Shown here: in pieces, positions 51,809 through 61,719 of the stretch
Numbering within the stretch: position 1 is the first letter of the stretch
How the letters are laid out: the number at the start of each line of letters is the position of its first letter
NCBI GenBank assembly: GCA_012839815.1
Contig: DUMQ01000136.1
Coordinates: 19,125 to 83,124, forward strand
DNA: 64,000 nucleotides
Reading direction: 5' to 3'
Source: Bacillota bacterium
Lineage (GTDB): Bacteria; Bacillota; SHA-98; Ch115; JABLXJ01
Position numbers and translations under genes: made by a program
Notes under the pieces: model-generated
Database searches by the model: none
Told to the model about the DNA's origin: nothing
Seen by the model: the letters and a program-made list of their open reading frames with translations, nothing else

Positions 51809-52104
51809 CCCGCGCTTTCCTCAACGTCAAAGGGCTTTACCAGGGGCTTTCTATCCTCGCCTCCTGCATCCTTAACCAACATGAGAATCCTGCCCTCCGC
51901 GTCATCGAGCTTTTGCGTGCAAAACCGGAAAAGCCCCATCCCCTCCTCGAAAAGGGCCAGGGACTTATCAAGATCGGCCTGTCCACCCTCGAGCGCCGCG
52001 ACGATCTCCTCGATCCTCCTCATGGCCTCTTCAAAGCTTAGCTTGCTTGAATTTGGCTCCGGCCTTTTTGTCTCCACCGCCATTCTCATTTGCCCCCTCG
52101 ACAA
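51805..52104 (-). CDS. xseB: Exodeoxyribonuclease VII small subunit.
   Basis: FEEAMRRIEEIVAALEGGQADLDKSLALFEEGMGL. The likely start is at 52083. Confidence 0.85.
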   Translation of the reverse strand: MSRGQMRMAVETKRPEPNSSKLSFEEAMRRIEEIVAALEGGQADLDKSLALFEEGMGLFRFCTQKLDDAEGRILMLVKDAGGEDRKPLVKPFDVEESAG

Positions 52105-53242
52105 ACTTGACCCCGCATTCTATCCGGCCATCAGCCAGGATAACCTCGACATCCGACCCAACCGCGACCTCTCGCGCAGCCCGCACAACCATCCGGCCCG
52201 GCAGGGCGCGGCAGATGGCATAACCCCTCGCCAGGGTCGCGAGCGGGCTCAGGGCGTGCAGGCGGCCTGCAAGAGCCGCAAGCTTCTCGCGCCGCAACCT
52301 TATGGAATAATCAACTGAAGCCATGATGGCTCTTAGCTCCTCATCAACGGCCTGCCGGTGTGCGCGCAGCCTCTCCTCCACGGCCCCGCGCATGCGGGCA
52401 GCGCTCACATCGAGCCGCCTGGCCAGCTCAATCACATCGGGGACGGCCATTTCCGCCGCAGCCGACGGTGTCGGAGCCCTCCTGTCGGCGACGAAATCAG
52501 CTATGGTAAAATCCGTCTCGTGACCGACTGCCGATATCACCGGTATCTTCGAATTGGCGATGGCCCTCGCAACCCTCTCATCATTAAAGGCCCAGAGTTC
52601 CTCGATTGCACCGCCCCCGCGCCCGACGATCAAGACATCGACGCCGTGGTATTCGTCTGCATATCTATTTATGGCCTCTATCGCGTTCACAATGCTCTCA
52701 GGGGCGCCATCGCCCTGGACCAGCGCCGGCGATAAAATCACTGTAACGCCGGGCCAGCGGCGGCGCAGCACGGTCACAATATCCCGGATGGCCGCCCCTG
52801 TCGGGGACGTTACCACGCCAACCACGGAGGGAAAGGCTGGCAGCGGTCTCTTTCGCCCCGGAGCCAGGAGCCCCTCCCTCTCTAGCTTCTCCTTCAGCTG
52901 GAGAAAGGCCAGGTACAATGAACCAAGCCCAGCGGGCTCGATCTCCTCGACGTAGAGCTGGTAATCCCCGTTCCTGTCATATACCCTCACCGAGCCGTAG
53001 GCAAACACCGACATTCCGTCCTCGAGCTTGCACGAGAGCCTGCTGTTCCAGGTCTTGAACATCACGCACTTGAGCCGGCCTATCTCGTCCTTGAGGCTGA
53101 AATACATGTGCCCTGATGTATGGTGGTTGAAGTTGGATATCTCTCCCCTCACCCATATGCCCGAGAGGATATCGTCGCTCTCGAGGAGCGCGCCTATGTA
53201 GCGGTTCACTTCGCTTACTGTATAAACCCTAATTCCCTGCAT
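52031..53242 (-). CDS. xseA: Exodeoxyribonuclease VII large subunit.
   Basis: The OB-fold N-terminus (VSEVNRYIGALLESDDILSGIWVRGEISNF) and the catalytic core are present. The ORF as called extends to 53293, and the likely start is around 53242. Confidence 0.9.
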   Translation of the reverse strand: MQGIRVYTVSEVNRYIGALLESDDILSGIWVRGEISNFNHHTSGHMYFSLKDEIGRLKCVMFKTWNSRLSCKLEDGMSVFAYGSVRVYDRNGDYQLYVEEIEPAGLGSLYLAFLQLKEKLEREGLLAPGRKRPLPAFPSVVGVVTSPTGAAIRDIVTVLRRRWPGVTVILSPALVQGDGAPESIVNAIEAINRYADEYHGVDVLIVGRGGGAIEELWAFNDERVARAIANSKIPVISAVGHETDFTIADFVADRRAPTPSAAAEMAVPDVIELARRLDVSAARMRGAVEERLRAHRQAVDEELRAIMASVDYSIRLRREKLAALAGRLHALSPLATLARGYAICRALPGRMVVRAAREVAVGSDVEVILADGRIECGVKFVEGANENGGGDKKAGAKFKQAKL

Positions 53243-53681
53243 CATCCCTGGGCCTGTCCAGCCTTTCCTCATTATCGACGATATTCCGCGCAACGCTCGC
53301 CAGGATGCCGTTGACGAACCTCCCCGAATCCTGGTCGCCGTATTTCTTGGCCAGCTCTACGGCTTCATTTATGGCAACCCCTGGGGAGGTTTCATTCATA
53401 TAAAGCATCTCGTATATTGCCAGGCGCAAGACATTCCGGTCTATGGAGCCCATTCGTTCGATAGTCCACCCGCGCGCAAACCTGGATATGATTTTATCGA
53501 TGCTTTCAAGGTGCTGCGCGGCGCCCGATACCAGCGTCGTAAGGAATCTCTCGTTAGCCGCGGAGATCTTGCCCTCGCCTGAAAGAAGGGCCCACTTCAG
53601 GGCATCCTTCACGGGGGTGCGAGCAATATCAACCTGGTAAAGCGCCTTCAGGGCAACTTCTCTTACTTCCCGTCTTGTCAC
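53229..53681 (-). CDS. nusB: Transcription antitermination factor NusB.
   Basis: REVALKALYQVDIA..RLAIYEMLY... Length is 150 aa. Confidence 0.9.
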   Translation of the reverse strand: MTRREVREVALKALYQVDIARTPVKDALKWALLSGEGKISAANERFLTTLVSGAAQHLESIDKIISRFARGWTIERMGSIDRNVLRLAIYEMLYMNETSPGVAINEAVELAKKYGDQDSGRFVNGILASVARNIVDNEERLDRPRDDAGN

Positions 53682-53693
53682 GAACTCCTCATC

Positions 53694-53924
53694 CTATCTC
53701 TCGATCGGGGGGAGCACCCTTTCAAAGAATTCCCTCAAGCTTTCCTTCTTATCGACCTGCTTCCCGAGAAGGTAGCCGGCTATCACACAGACAGCAAAGG
53801 AAATGGCATCAAACCACCCATAAAAGATTACAATAATACCCACGATGAAACCAAAGAAGGTACCACAGACCTTCCCCCGGTGTTCGATAAGGATGCGAAT
53901 CAACTCGGCGATCTCAGGGCGCAT
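53694..53924 (-). CDS. Small integral membrane protein (DUF2273-like) of the asp23 operon.
   Basis: 76 aa with 2 TM helices, positioned between the amaP-like gene and nusB. Confidence 0.55.
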   Translation of the reverse strand: MRPEIAELIRILIEHRGKVCGTFFGFIVGIIVIFYGWFDAISFAVCVIAGYLLGKQVDKKESLREFFERVLPPIER

Positions 53925-53980
53925 CCTGGCTACACCTCTTTCCTTGCTTCCCTGACCATCCCATGCACTCCCGCGGTCAT

Positions 53981-54547
53981 CTACTCGACACGGGCCCTCG
54001 ACTCGGTGGCGATATTGCGAACGTTGACCTTGATCCTGGTTGCCTCCACGCCGACCGTCTCTCGGATGTATCGTTCAAGCCTCGCCTGGGTCTCGTCGCA
54101 TATCTCGGGGATATTGAGGTCCGGAGCTACGAGCACGGATAGCACCACCTCGATGCCCTCCGGCGATGCATTGACGAACGTATCAACCTCCCGTATCCCT
54201 CTCACCTGTCTTGCTGCCCGCCTCACGAGGTTTTCTATGGCCGCGAGTGAGATACTCACATCACCAAGGCTTGTCCCCCTTATAATCGCACGAGGGCCGC
54301 GCCTCGTACGAAAGCCGAGTTCCAGGAGGTAAATGCCGATTAGAAGTGCCACAAAAGCTATGGCGGCAAGCCCCCCGCGCGCTCCCCTTCCCCACGCCTC
54401 GATCAACACCAGGGCCCTATCGAGAAAGTACCCGCTTGAAACAACGCCAAACACGGCAAGCGCAAATGCCGCCATAATAAGGCCTGCCAAAATTGCTACG
54501 AGCCTATCAAGGGTCCTCATAGGGGGTGCGCTCCTTTCCTTGCTCAT
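53981..54547 (-). CDS. AmaP-like alkaline-shock-response membrane anchor protein.
   Basis: An N-terminal TM helix followed by a soluble domain, immediately downstream of asp23. Confidence 0.55.
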   Translation of the reverse strand: MSKERSAPPMRTLDRLVAILAGLIMAAFALAVFGVVSSGYFLDRALVLIEAWGRGARGGLAAIAFVALLIGIYLLELGFRTRRGPRAIIRGTSLGDVSISLAAIENLVRRAARQVRGIREVDTFVNASPEGIEVVLSVLVAPDLNIPEICDETQARLERYIRETVGVEATRIKVNVRNIATESRARVE

Positions 54548-54599
54548 ACTTACTTACGCTCATACCTATGTTTATGCTTACGTTATATAATTTATCTAT

Positions 54600-55022
54600 C
54601 TATCGCACGCGCTGCTGTGGCTCACCCTTCTCCTCCTGCGGGAAATGCACGCCCTGCACGTGGACGTTTACCTCCACAACCTCCCGGCCCGTCATGCTCT
54701 CAATAGCCCTCTTGACGTTCTGCTGCACCTTCCAGGCCACATCGGGGATTCGCACACCGTAGTCCACGATGACGAAGAGGTCAACAGCTGCCTCCTTCTC
54801 TCCCACCTCGACCTTGACACCCTTGGCAAGGTTGCGTCTTCCAAGTATTTCCGCTATCCCACCCACGACGCCGCCGCTCATCCCGGCGATTCCTTCAACC
54901 TCCGTGGCCGCAAGGCCCGCAATGATACCGACGACTTCGTTGGCTATGCGTATGCTACCCAGCCCTTCCCCCCGGCCAACCGCCTCTATGCTGGTCTCGT
55001 TCTCCACCCTCGCCACCCCCAA
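54600..55022 (-). CDS. Asp23/Gls24 family (alkaline shock protein; YqhY-like).
   Basis: The N-terminus follows the Asp23 family pattern. Its synteny position is after accC, as with Bacillus yqhY. Confidence 0.85.
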   Translation of the reverse strand: MGVARVENETSIEAVGRGEGLGSIRIANEVVGIIAGLAATEVEGIAGMSGGVVGGIAEILGRRNLAKGVKVEVGEKEAAVDLFVIVDYGVRIPDVAWKVQQNVKRAIESMTGREVVEVNVHVQGVHFPQEEKGEPQQRVR

Positions 55023-55079
55023 TAGGGTTTACTGGAAAGTATCCCGTTTTATCAAGTATATTATACCAGCATTTGTTTT

Positions 55080-56444
55080 TTATGACAACGAACGGCCCTC
55101 CCTGCCAAGAATGGATAGGATATCATCGTCAGAGTAAATCTTCGCCGCCCGGAATGACCGACTTCTCACAATCCTCTTCTGGAAATCCAGATTGGTCGCT
55201 ATACCATCGATTATCAACTCATCCAGGGCGCGGTCCATCCTCGCTATAGCCTCTTCCCGGTCTTTACCCCACGTCACTACCTTTGCGACCATGGAGTCAT
55301 AGAACGGGACCACAGTGTAGCCTTGATAGAGGGCGCTATCAACCCTCAGACCCGGGCCGCCGGGGACATGGTAAAAGCTCACGGTCCCGGGTGAAGGCAG
55401 AAAACCCCGGGCAGGGTCCTCCGCGTTGATCCTGCATTCGATGGCGTGGCCCGTGATCTTGATATCAGACTGGGAGAGGCCGAGTTCCTCGCCAGCGGCA
55501 ATGCGGATCTGGTGTTTCACCAGGTCAACACCGGTGACAAACTCCGTCACAGGGTGTTCAACCTGGATGCGCGTATTCATCTCCATGAAGTAAAAATCGC
55601 CGTTCCTGTCAACCAAGAACTCGATGGTCCCGGCGCTCGTGTAACCGGCGGCCAGGGCCCCCTTTACCGCAAGCTCCCCGAGCTTCTTTCGAAGACTGCT
55701 CGTGACAACGGGGGAGGGTGCCTCCTCGAGAACCTTCTGGTGCTTTCTTTGTAATGAGCAATCGCGCTCGCCGAGGTGGATGGCGTTTCCCTTCTCATCA
55801 ACGAGGAGCTGGACCTCGACATGCCTCGGCTTCTCGATGAACTTCTCCACATACACGGCCGGGGTTCCGAATGCGGCGTTGGCCTCGACCTGGGCAACCT
55901 TTATGGCCTTTTCCAGCTCCTCCTTGCTCCGGGCTATTCGCATACCCTTGCCGCCCCCGCCGCCCGCGGCCTTGACTATCACCGGGTACCCTATCTCCCC
56001 CGCGAAGCGCAGGGCCTCCCTCTCATCCTCGACAACCCCATCCGTGCCGGGTATTATCGGGAGGCCCGCAGCCTTCATCGTCCTCTTGGCCTCCGCCTTG
56101 TCGCCCATGGCCTCGATGGCCTCCGCCGACGGTCCTATAAACTTGATGTCGTGTGAGGCGCATATCTCAGCGAAGTATGCATTTTCCGCCAGAAACCCGT
56201 AACCCGGGTGAATGGCATCTGCCCCTGAAAGCACAGCCGCGCTAATTATATTGGGGATGTTCAAATAACTCTTGGAACTGGGGGCCGGGCCGATGCAGTA
56301 GGCCTCATCCGCCAGCCGGACGTGAAGGGCATCCACGTCCGCCTCAGAGTAGACTGCAACAGTTTTAACGCCAAGCTCCCAGCATGCCCTCATAATTCTT
56401 AGAGCGATCTCGCCACGGTTTGCAATTAGAATCTTGTCAAACAC
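55080..56444 (-). CDS. accC: Acetyl-CoA carboxylase biotin carboxylase subunit.
   Basis: [21 protein letters not shown].. ATP-grasp fold, 454 aa. Confidence 0.95.
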   Translation of the reverse strand: MFDKILIANRGEIALRIMRACWELGVKTVAVYSEADVDALHVRLADEAYCIGPAPSSKSYLNIPNIISAAVLSGADAIHPGYGFLAENAYFAEICASHDIKFIGPSAEAIEAMGDKAEAKRTMKAAGLPIIPGTDGVVEDEREALRFAGEIGYPVIVKAAGGGGGKGMRIARSKEELEKAIKVAQVEANAAFGTPAVYVEKFIEKPRHVEVQLLVDEKGNAIHLGERDCSLQRKHQKVLEEAPSPVVTSSLRKKLGELAVKGALAAGYTSAGTIEFLVDRNGDFYFMEMNTRIQVEHPVTEFVTGVDLVKHQIRIAAGEELGLSQSDIKITGHAIECRINAEDPARGFLPSPGTVSFYHVPGGPGLRVDSALYQGYTVVPFYDSMVAKVVTWGKDREEAIARMDRALDELIIDGIATNLDFQKRIVRSRSFRAAKIYSDDDILSILGREGRSLS

Positions 56445-56525
56445 AGCCTGCGTACCTCGCCCATCAAATGATTATGTCTACAACCGCTCTAATCGTAAAT
56501 TGCTTAATCGTAGAATGCTTAATCC

Positions 56526-57119
56526 TTATAACCGCTCCAGCCTGAAAAGTACCTGCCCATATTCAACGGGCTCACCATTTTCAACGGGTATCTCCACCAC
56601 CCTGCCCCTGACCTCGGACTGTATCTCGTTCATGAGCTTCATCGCCTCAATGATGCAGACCGTCTGACCTTGCTCAACAACATCGCCGACTTCTACGTAG
56701 GGAGGTTCCTCAGGTGAAGGAGCCCGGTAAAATGTGCCCACCATCGGAGCCGTTATTACCAGGTAATCCTTCTGAGGCGCTTCGACGCCCACGCCTACCC
56801 CGGCGGGCGGGGCGGCGTCCTTGGGGCCATGCTCAACCGCACCCGCCCCGGTCCTGTCCGGGGGTAAGGCCTGGTTAGCCGCTGGCAGGGCCCTAACCTG
56901 CATGCCATCGTGTGTCCCTGCGAACCCCCTCTTTATAGTGAGCTTAAGGTCCTCGGTCTCTATATCCAGCTCGGAGACATCTGTACCCTCCAACACCCTT
57001 ATGATTTCTTTAAGTTCGCGGCGAACATCCTTTAAACCCATGTAAAAACTTAATACCTCCCGGCCGGGAAAATCTTCCGCTACAAGCATAGTTTTCGTCT
57101 TATGTCTTCGTATATTCAC
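56526..57119 (-). CDS. accB: Biotin carboxyl carrier protein.
   Basis: The C-terminal biotinyl domain carries EAMKLMNEI. There is a Pro/Ala-rich linker. The start may be internal, at 57041. Confidence 0.9.
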   Translation of the reverse strand: MNIRRHKTKTMLVAEDFPGREVLSFYMGLKDVRRELKEIIRVLEGTDVSELDIETEDLKLTIKRGFAGTHDGMQVRALPAANQALPPDRTGAGAVEHGPKDAAPPAGVGVGVEAPQKDYLVITAPMVGTFYRAPSPEEPPYVEVGDVVEQGQTVCIIEAMKLMNEIQSEVRGRVVEIPVENGEPVEYGQVLFRLERL

Positions 57120-57197
57120 CGCGAACTTAGTATTTCCTGCTTTCGCTTATTATTCCTGTCATCAACCCGCTTATTGTTTCTGTCACCACCCCCAACC

Positions 57198-57776
57198 CTA
57201 ATTGCTCCCCCTTTTCTCTGTTATTGTTACGGCCTGGGGCCCGAGGCCTGTCGTGCGCGCGGCTATATCCCCGATTTGCCGCGCATCAACCTGAGTCAGG
57301 CCGGAAGTCTCAATTATGATATCGCACGAGTTATCTGACACAAACACGACCGCATCAGCGTAGCCTTTAGCCTTGATCAGGGCCTCGATCCGCTCCTCGC
57401 TTTCCATCGCAGCAGATAGTCTCAAGAGCTCGCGCTGGATGGCGGCGCGTTCCTGGGACCCCTCGGGCGAGCCTTCGAGCATGGCGTGGAGCAGCTCCAT
57501 ACGCCTTGAGCGAGCGCGGTCCCTCTCCAGGCGCGACTCTGCGAAGAAATCGCGTGGCCCGGCCGCCCCTGCGGCCCCCGGTACCCCGAGCGCCCCGGGG
57601 GTTCCAATTGTTATGCCGCCGGTCCCACCAGCCCCGCCCGGCACGACGCTATCAGGCTGGCTGCCCGCCGCATCCGGCTGGTGAGGGGTTATCGTCCTCG
57701 CGCCAACGACGATGCCCACTATCGCCGCAATGAAAGTAACCCAGGCAAGAATCCTTTTCTTAGTCAAAACCCTCAC
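57198..57776 (-). CDS. spoIIIAH: Stage III sporulation protein AH.
   Basis: An N-terminal TM helix, a Gly/Ala-rich linker, and a YscJ-like C-terminus. Its position at the end of the spoIIIA operon, before accB, supports the call. Confidence 0.7.
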   Translation of the reverse strand: MRVLTKKRILAWVTFIAAIVGIVVGARTITPHQPDAAGSQPDSVVPGGAGGTGGITIGTPGALGVPGAAGAAGPRDFFAESRLERDRARSRRMELLHAMLEGSPEGSQERAAIQRELLRLSAAMESEERIEALIKAKGYADAVVFVSDNSCDIIIETSGLTQVDARQIGDIAARTTGLGPQAVTITEKRGSN

Positions 57777-57803
57777 GCCCGATAACCCCCCTGTTACCCA
57801 CTA

Positions 57804-58508
57804 TTACCGTTTCCTGGGAAGAACAAGGACCTTATGGGGTGGCACGCCTAAAAGCGTCTCTACTGCCCTTGTGATGATGAGCTTCACGCCGGGATCCGCC
57901 GCCCCGTCGGCCATAACGATGACACCCCTTATCTCAGGCTCGCGCGTTTCCAGCAAAACCGGGGATTCCTGCCCCTGCGGGCCACCGCGGATCAGGACCA
58001 GCTGATCCGAATCCCGGGCGTCCGTCGTAACCCTCGTCACCCCCTCTTTGTCCCTTTCCTCGGTTGTCTTCTTCTCCTGGATAAGATTCGAAGCGTATTC
58101 ATTCACCCTTGTCCCGGCAAATGTTATGCTCACAGTCACCTTGCCGGCCCCCCTTATCTCAGAAAGCGCAGCCGTTACGCTCCTCTCGAGCTGGGTCTTG
58201 CGCTCCAGCTCGGCCCCTGAAGCGACGTACCGGAGGTCCTGCACGCCCTCATCGCTCCCGGCCCCGCTCCCGGGGTCGCTGTTGCGGTCGTCGCCCCCGG
58301 GCATGATTTGTCCTTGGGATGGAGCGCGCCCCATCCCGCCGGGGCCGGACCCGGACTTGAATGCCCCGCCCCCAACCATCAGCAGGTATATCCCTACGAG
58401 CCCCAGGAGGATTATCAAGAACAGGGATTTCACCTGAGGCTCCTTGAAATTGAAAGGCAAATTAACCGGCAACTTGCTTTTCTTAACGTCCAAGAGAATC
58501 CCTCCCAC
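57804..58508 (-). CDS. spoIIIAG: Stage III sporulation protein AG.
   Basis: The C-terminus IRGVIVMADGAADPGVKLIITRAVETLLGVPPHKVLVLPRK closely matches Bacillus SpoIIIAG. Confidence 0.85.
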   Translation of the reverse strand: MGGILLDVKKSKLPVNLPFNFKEPQVKSLFLIILLGLVGIYLLMVGGGAFKSGSGPGGMGRAPSQGQIMPGGDDRNSDPGSGAGSDEGVQDLRYVASGAELERKTQLERSVTAALSEIRGAGKVTVSITFAGTRVNEYASNLIQEKKTTEERDKEGVTRVTTDARDSDQLVLIRGGPQGQESPVLLETREPEIRGVIVMADGAADPGVKLIITRAVETLLGVPPHKVLVLPRKR

Positions 58509-59103
58509 CAGGCCTCATCACGACCGACACGCGCTCGCGGTCCAGCCCGTAAAAATCGGCGACGGTGCGCCGGAGCCTCTCTATATCCCGCTCCTCCCGG
58601 GCGTATCCTGCCCCTGCCTCGTCGCACCCGATGATAATCTCTATCCCGGCTATGTCTATACCAGCCATATCTCCGGGGGAAGGCGCGATTTCGACCCTGG
58701 CTGATATATCCCGCCCCGCGCCTTGCATACCGTTACCAAGGCTGACAAGCGCCTCTACCTGTCGCTCAATCCGCTTCCTGGTCTCCTCGGTTAGCAGGTG
58801 CGTACCGGCGGCCCGCATGGCCTCGCCGCGGGCTATATACTCCTCGCTCGTAGTCGCCGCCAAATCGACCTGGCGGCCCAGGCCCTCTTGGAGTTGGGAT
58901 TGCCCGGGGAGCCCGGGGGCTCCCCAGCCAGCATACTGGATTTTCGTAAGTGGGGCTATGATCACAGCTATTGTGGCCAGCCCAACAACGATGCGAGCCG
59001 CCTTCTTGATCTCACCCCGGGGGAGGAGCGTCTCCAGCATCGCCAGGGAGAAAACCATTATGATGACATCCCTTATCCATGCCTTCAGGGCTTCAAGGAT
59101 CAT
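58483..59103 (-). CDS. spoIIIAF: Stage III sporulation protein AF.
   Basis: The N-terminal two-TM pattern MILEALKAWIRDVIIMVFSLAMLETLLPRGEIKKAARIVVGL matches SpoIIIAF. Confidence 0.8.
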   Translation of the reverse strand: MILEALKAWIRDVIIMVFSLAMLETLLPRGEIKKAARIVVGLATIAVIIAPLTKIQYAGWGAPGLPGQSQLQEGLGRQVDLAATTSEEYIARGEAMRAAGTHLLTEETRKRIERQVEALVSLGNGMQGAGRDISARVEIAPSPGDMAGIDIAGIEIIIGCDEAGAGYAREERDIERLRRTVADFYGLDRERVSVVMRPGGRDSLGR

Positions 59104-59176
59104 GGCTTTGGCCCCCCTAAGTCAGTGCGCAGGAGCGGCCTGCCCCTGGCCGCGTCCAGCCCCACCCGGTCCTATC

Positions 59177-60373
59177 TCATCTTAGGGCTGCCGTAACATT
59201 GCCAAGGGCGGCAACGACGGCGATGCACACAAAGAACATCAATGCTACGCTCGCCACAGTCACGAAGATCAAGATGAGTCCATTTCCAAGAGAGTTTAAA
59301 GCACCTGATAATCTTTCATCCCCGAGGGGCTGCGTAAGTGCCCCGGCCACCTTATACATTATAATCACCGCGAGGAGCTTCATAAGAGGGTGGAGGCAGA
59401 CCATGACAACACCGAGAAGGCCCGCTATGCTCACGGCGCTCTGAATCAAGAGGGAACAGCCCGCCACCACGCCTACGGCATCGGAAAACATCTTGCCAAC
59501 CACGGGCACAAATGTATTACTCACAAACTTCGCGGCCCTGATGGATACCCCGTCGGTAACAGACGCCCCCACCCCCCGGATCGAGATGATTCCAAGGAAA
59601 ATGCAGAGAGCAAAACCGAGTGACATCACGGCGGCATCACGCAACAACCCGGCAAGCCTCCCGATCTGGATGCGCTCGAAAACCCTGCCGGCAACATCAA
59701 CCGTTATGGAGAGGAGGACCAGGGGAAATACTATATTCTTGATCAGCGTGCCAACCCCGCCCGTTACCATTACAATGATGGGATTGACGGCGGCGACAGT
59801 GGCGACCCCCCCGAGGGCTGCGAGGGCCGTAAAGAGAACAGGCATAAGGACATACATCAGCGACGTCATGTTTTCTATAGTAGCCATCGCCAGGCTCGTC
59901 GCCATGCCGAAGCTGTTGAGCCCCATAATGGCCAGCACGACAAAGGCCATCCCGTGGGCGAGCGATGTTACCGTTTGCGCCTCAAAACCTGACGAGAAGG
60001 TCATAAGCAGGGTGCAGAGCACGGCCAGGACGATAAGCTGCCCCAGGAGGTGAAGGTTGGCCACGACCTCCCTGGCCAGGATGCGTAAAACTCCGCCAAC
60101 GAGGGATGAAACGCTGATACTGATCTTGTTGCCCGCTCCTGGCGCGTGGAGGATTTCCGTCAGAGATAGCTCGGGGAAATAATCCTTCATACTCTGGTCG
60201 ACGTTCTGCAAAAAGCTTTCAAGCCCGCTCATATCCAGCGTCTTGAGTTGCTCATTTACCACCTCGTCCCAGGCCAAGCAGGTGGCAGGGGCGACCATTG
60301 CCGATCCAATCATGATCCAGGCCGCTGCGATGAAGATCACGCAGTGAATTCTATCACGGATCATTACGGCCAA
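59177..60373 (-). CDS. spoIIIAE: Stage III sporulation protein AE.
   Basis: 398 aa polytopic membrane protein in operon position AE. Confidence 0.85.
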   Translation of the reverse strand: MAVMIRDRIHCVIFIAAAWIMIGSAMVAPATCLAWDEVVNEQLKTLDMSGLESFLQNVDQSMKDYFPELSLTEILHAPGAGNKISISVSSLVGGVLRILAREVVANLHLLGQLIVLAVLCTLLMTFSSGFEAQTVTSLAHGMAFVVLAIMGLNSFGMATSLAMATIENMTSLMYVLMPVLFTALAALGGVATVAAVNPIIVMVTGGVGTLIKNIVFPLVLLSITVDVAGRVFERIQIGRLAGLLRDAAVMSLGFALCIFLGIISIRGVGASVTDGVSIRAAKFVSNTFVPVVGKMFSDAVGVVAGCSLLIQSAVSIAGLLGVVMVCLHPLMKLLAVIIMYKVAGALTQPLGDERLSGALNSLGNGLILIFVTVASVALMFFVCIAVVAALGNVTAALR

Positions 60374-60403
60374 CTCCCTGGTCCTAAATTGGCGCGCCCA
60401 AAA

Positions 60404-60790
60404 TCAAGGTATCAGCCGTGTAATGGTCTCAAGTATGGCGATCATGATCGGGAGGGCCATCACCATAATCAGGACCTTGCCGGCGAATTCAATCTTGGAG
60501 GCGATCGCGTTCTCACCGGCATCCCGCGAAACCTCCGCCCCGAATCCGACGATATATGCAACGCCAATGACTTTGAGCACCGTTACAAAGTATACGTTGT
60601 CCACATTTGCCCGGGAGACGAGCGTCGAGAGGATTGAGATAAGCTCTCCTATTCTGGGCAGCATGGCCGAAAAGATTATGAGGCCTATGACGATGCTGAG
60701 CTGCATTGCAATCTCCGGTTTCTTGCTGCGGACTATTACGGTAAGGATGGTTCCAATGAGACATACGCCTACAATCCTGAGTATCTCCAT
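60404..60790 (-). CDS. spoIIIAD: Stage III sporulation protein AD.
   Basis: 128 aa with 4 TM helices. MEILRIVGVCLIGTILTVIV matches SpoIIIAD. Confidence 0.85.
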   Translation of the reverse strand: MEILRIVGVCLIGTILTVIVRSKKPEIAMQLSIVIGLIIFSAMLPRIGELISILSTLVSRANVDNVYFVTVLKVIGVAYIVGFGAEVSRDAGENAIASKIEFAGKVLIMVMALPIMIAILETITRLIP

Positions 60791-60876
60791 AACGGGCGCC
60801 CTCCCCTCTCACGCGGCCCACACCAGCAGGTTTAGCACTGCTGCTATAACCGGGTCGGACGGCTATAATAACCGGG

Positions 60877-61077
60877 TTACCATAGCCGGAATACGCTGAT
60901 TACCTGCTGAAATAGCGCACCCATTCTTTGCATCACCATTGCCAGGACTATTAAGGTCCCGGCCAGGGTCGCTATGAATGCATAGTCTTTCTTACCCACC
61001 TGTTCCAGGATCATGTGAATGACGGCCACGAGAATCCCGATGCCCGTTATCTTTAGAATCAGGTCGATCTCAGACAT
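60877..61077 (-). CDS. spoIIIAC: Stage III sporulation protein AC.
   Basis: MSEIDLILKITGIGILVAVIHMILEQVGKKDYAFIATLAG.. The protein is about 66 aa. The ORF as called to 61230 is over-extended. Confidence 0.8.
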   Translation of the reverse strand: MSEIDLILKITGIGILVAVIHMILEQVGKKDYAFIATLAGTLIVLAMVMQRMGALFQQVISVFRLW

Positions 61078-61175
61078 GTCCCTGCTCCTTTCACGGGGCG
61101 GCTCATGGGGGAGGTGAGCTTTGCCCACCTGCCTCGTAGGATGCTCCGCCATACGACGGAATAGCAGCCGGTGCG

Positions 61176-61697
61176 TCAGTAGAGAAGCAGGACAAGTATA
61201 AGCCCAGCTCCGATGGCCAGAAACCTCCACATCCGCGCCCCCTTCTCCGCTTCCTCCACCGCTCTAGCCTCCCGATCCCTCAATTGCTCGCAAACCAGCC
61301 TGATATGCCGCACCTGGTCATCCCTGTCGGATGCACCGAGAAACTGCCCGAGCGATTCCAGGATCTCCCGGTCCCCCAGGTCCATGGCCGTAAACTCGTA
61401 AGTTTTATCCAGTGTAAGCTCCCACGCCTCGCCCGCAGTATAACCCTGGGATGACACGAGAAGCTCTCTCGCCCCTGTAAATATGGCGCTTATCTGGGGA
61501 GGCGAGCCCCTGGCGACCCTCAAAAAGGCCTCGGGGAGCGGGGTTGCTGCATATGATATCTCCGTCTCAAGCAGCGCAAAACAGCGTCTAATGCTCCTGA
61601 GCTCCTGCACCCTCCTCTGCAAGTTGCCGGCTATGGCATTGCCGGCAAGCCACGATGCGAGTACAACGAGCATAGCGCCAAATAGCTTCACAACCAT
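61176..61697 (-). CDS. spoIIIAB: Stage III sporulation protein AB.
   Basis: MVVKLFGAMLVVLASWLAGNAIA..RRVQELRSIRRCFALLETEISYAATPLPEAF matches SpoIIIAB. Confidence 0.85.
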   Translation of the reverse strand: MVVKLFGAMLVVLASWLAGNAIAGNLQRRVQELRSIRRCFALLETEISYAATPLPEAFLRVARGSPPQISAIFTGARELLVSSQGYTAGEAWELTLDKTYEFTAMDLGDREILESLGQFLGASDRDDQVRHIRLVCEQLRDREARAVEEAEKGARMWRFLAIGAGLILVLLLY

Positions 61698-61719
61698 GAA
61701 GCGAGCCTCCTGCCTTCAT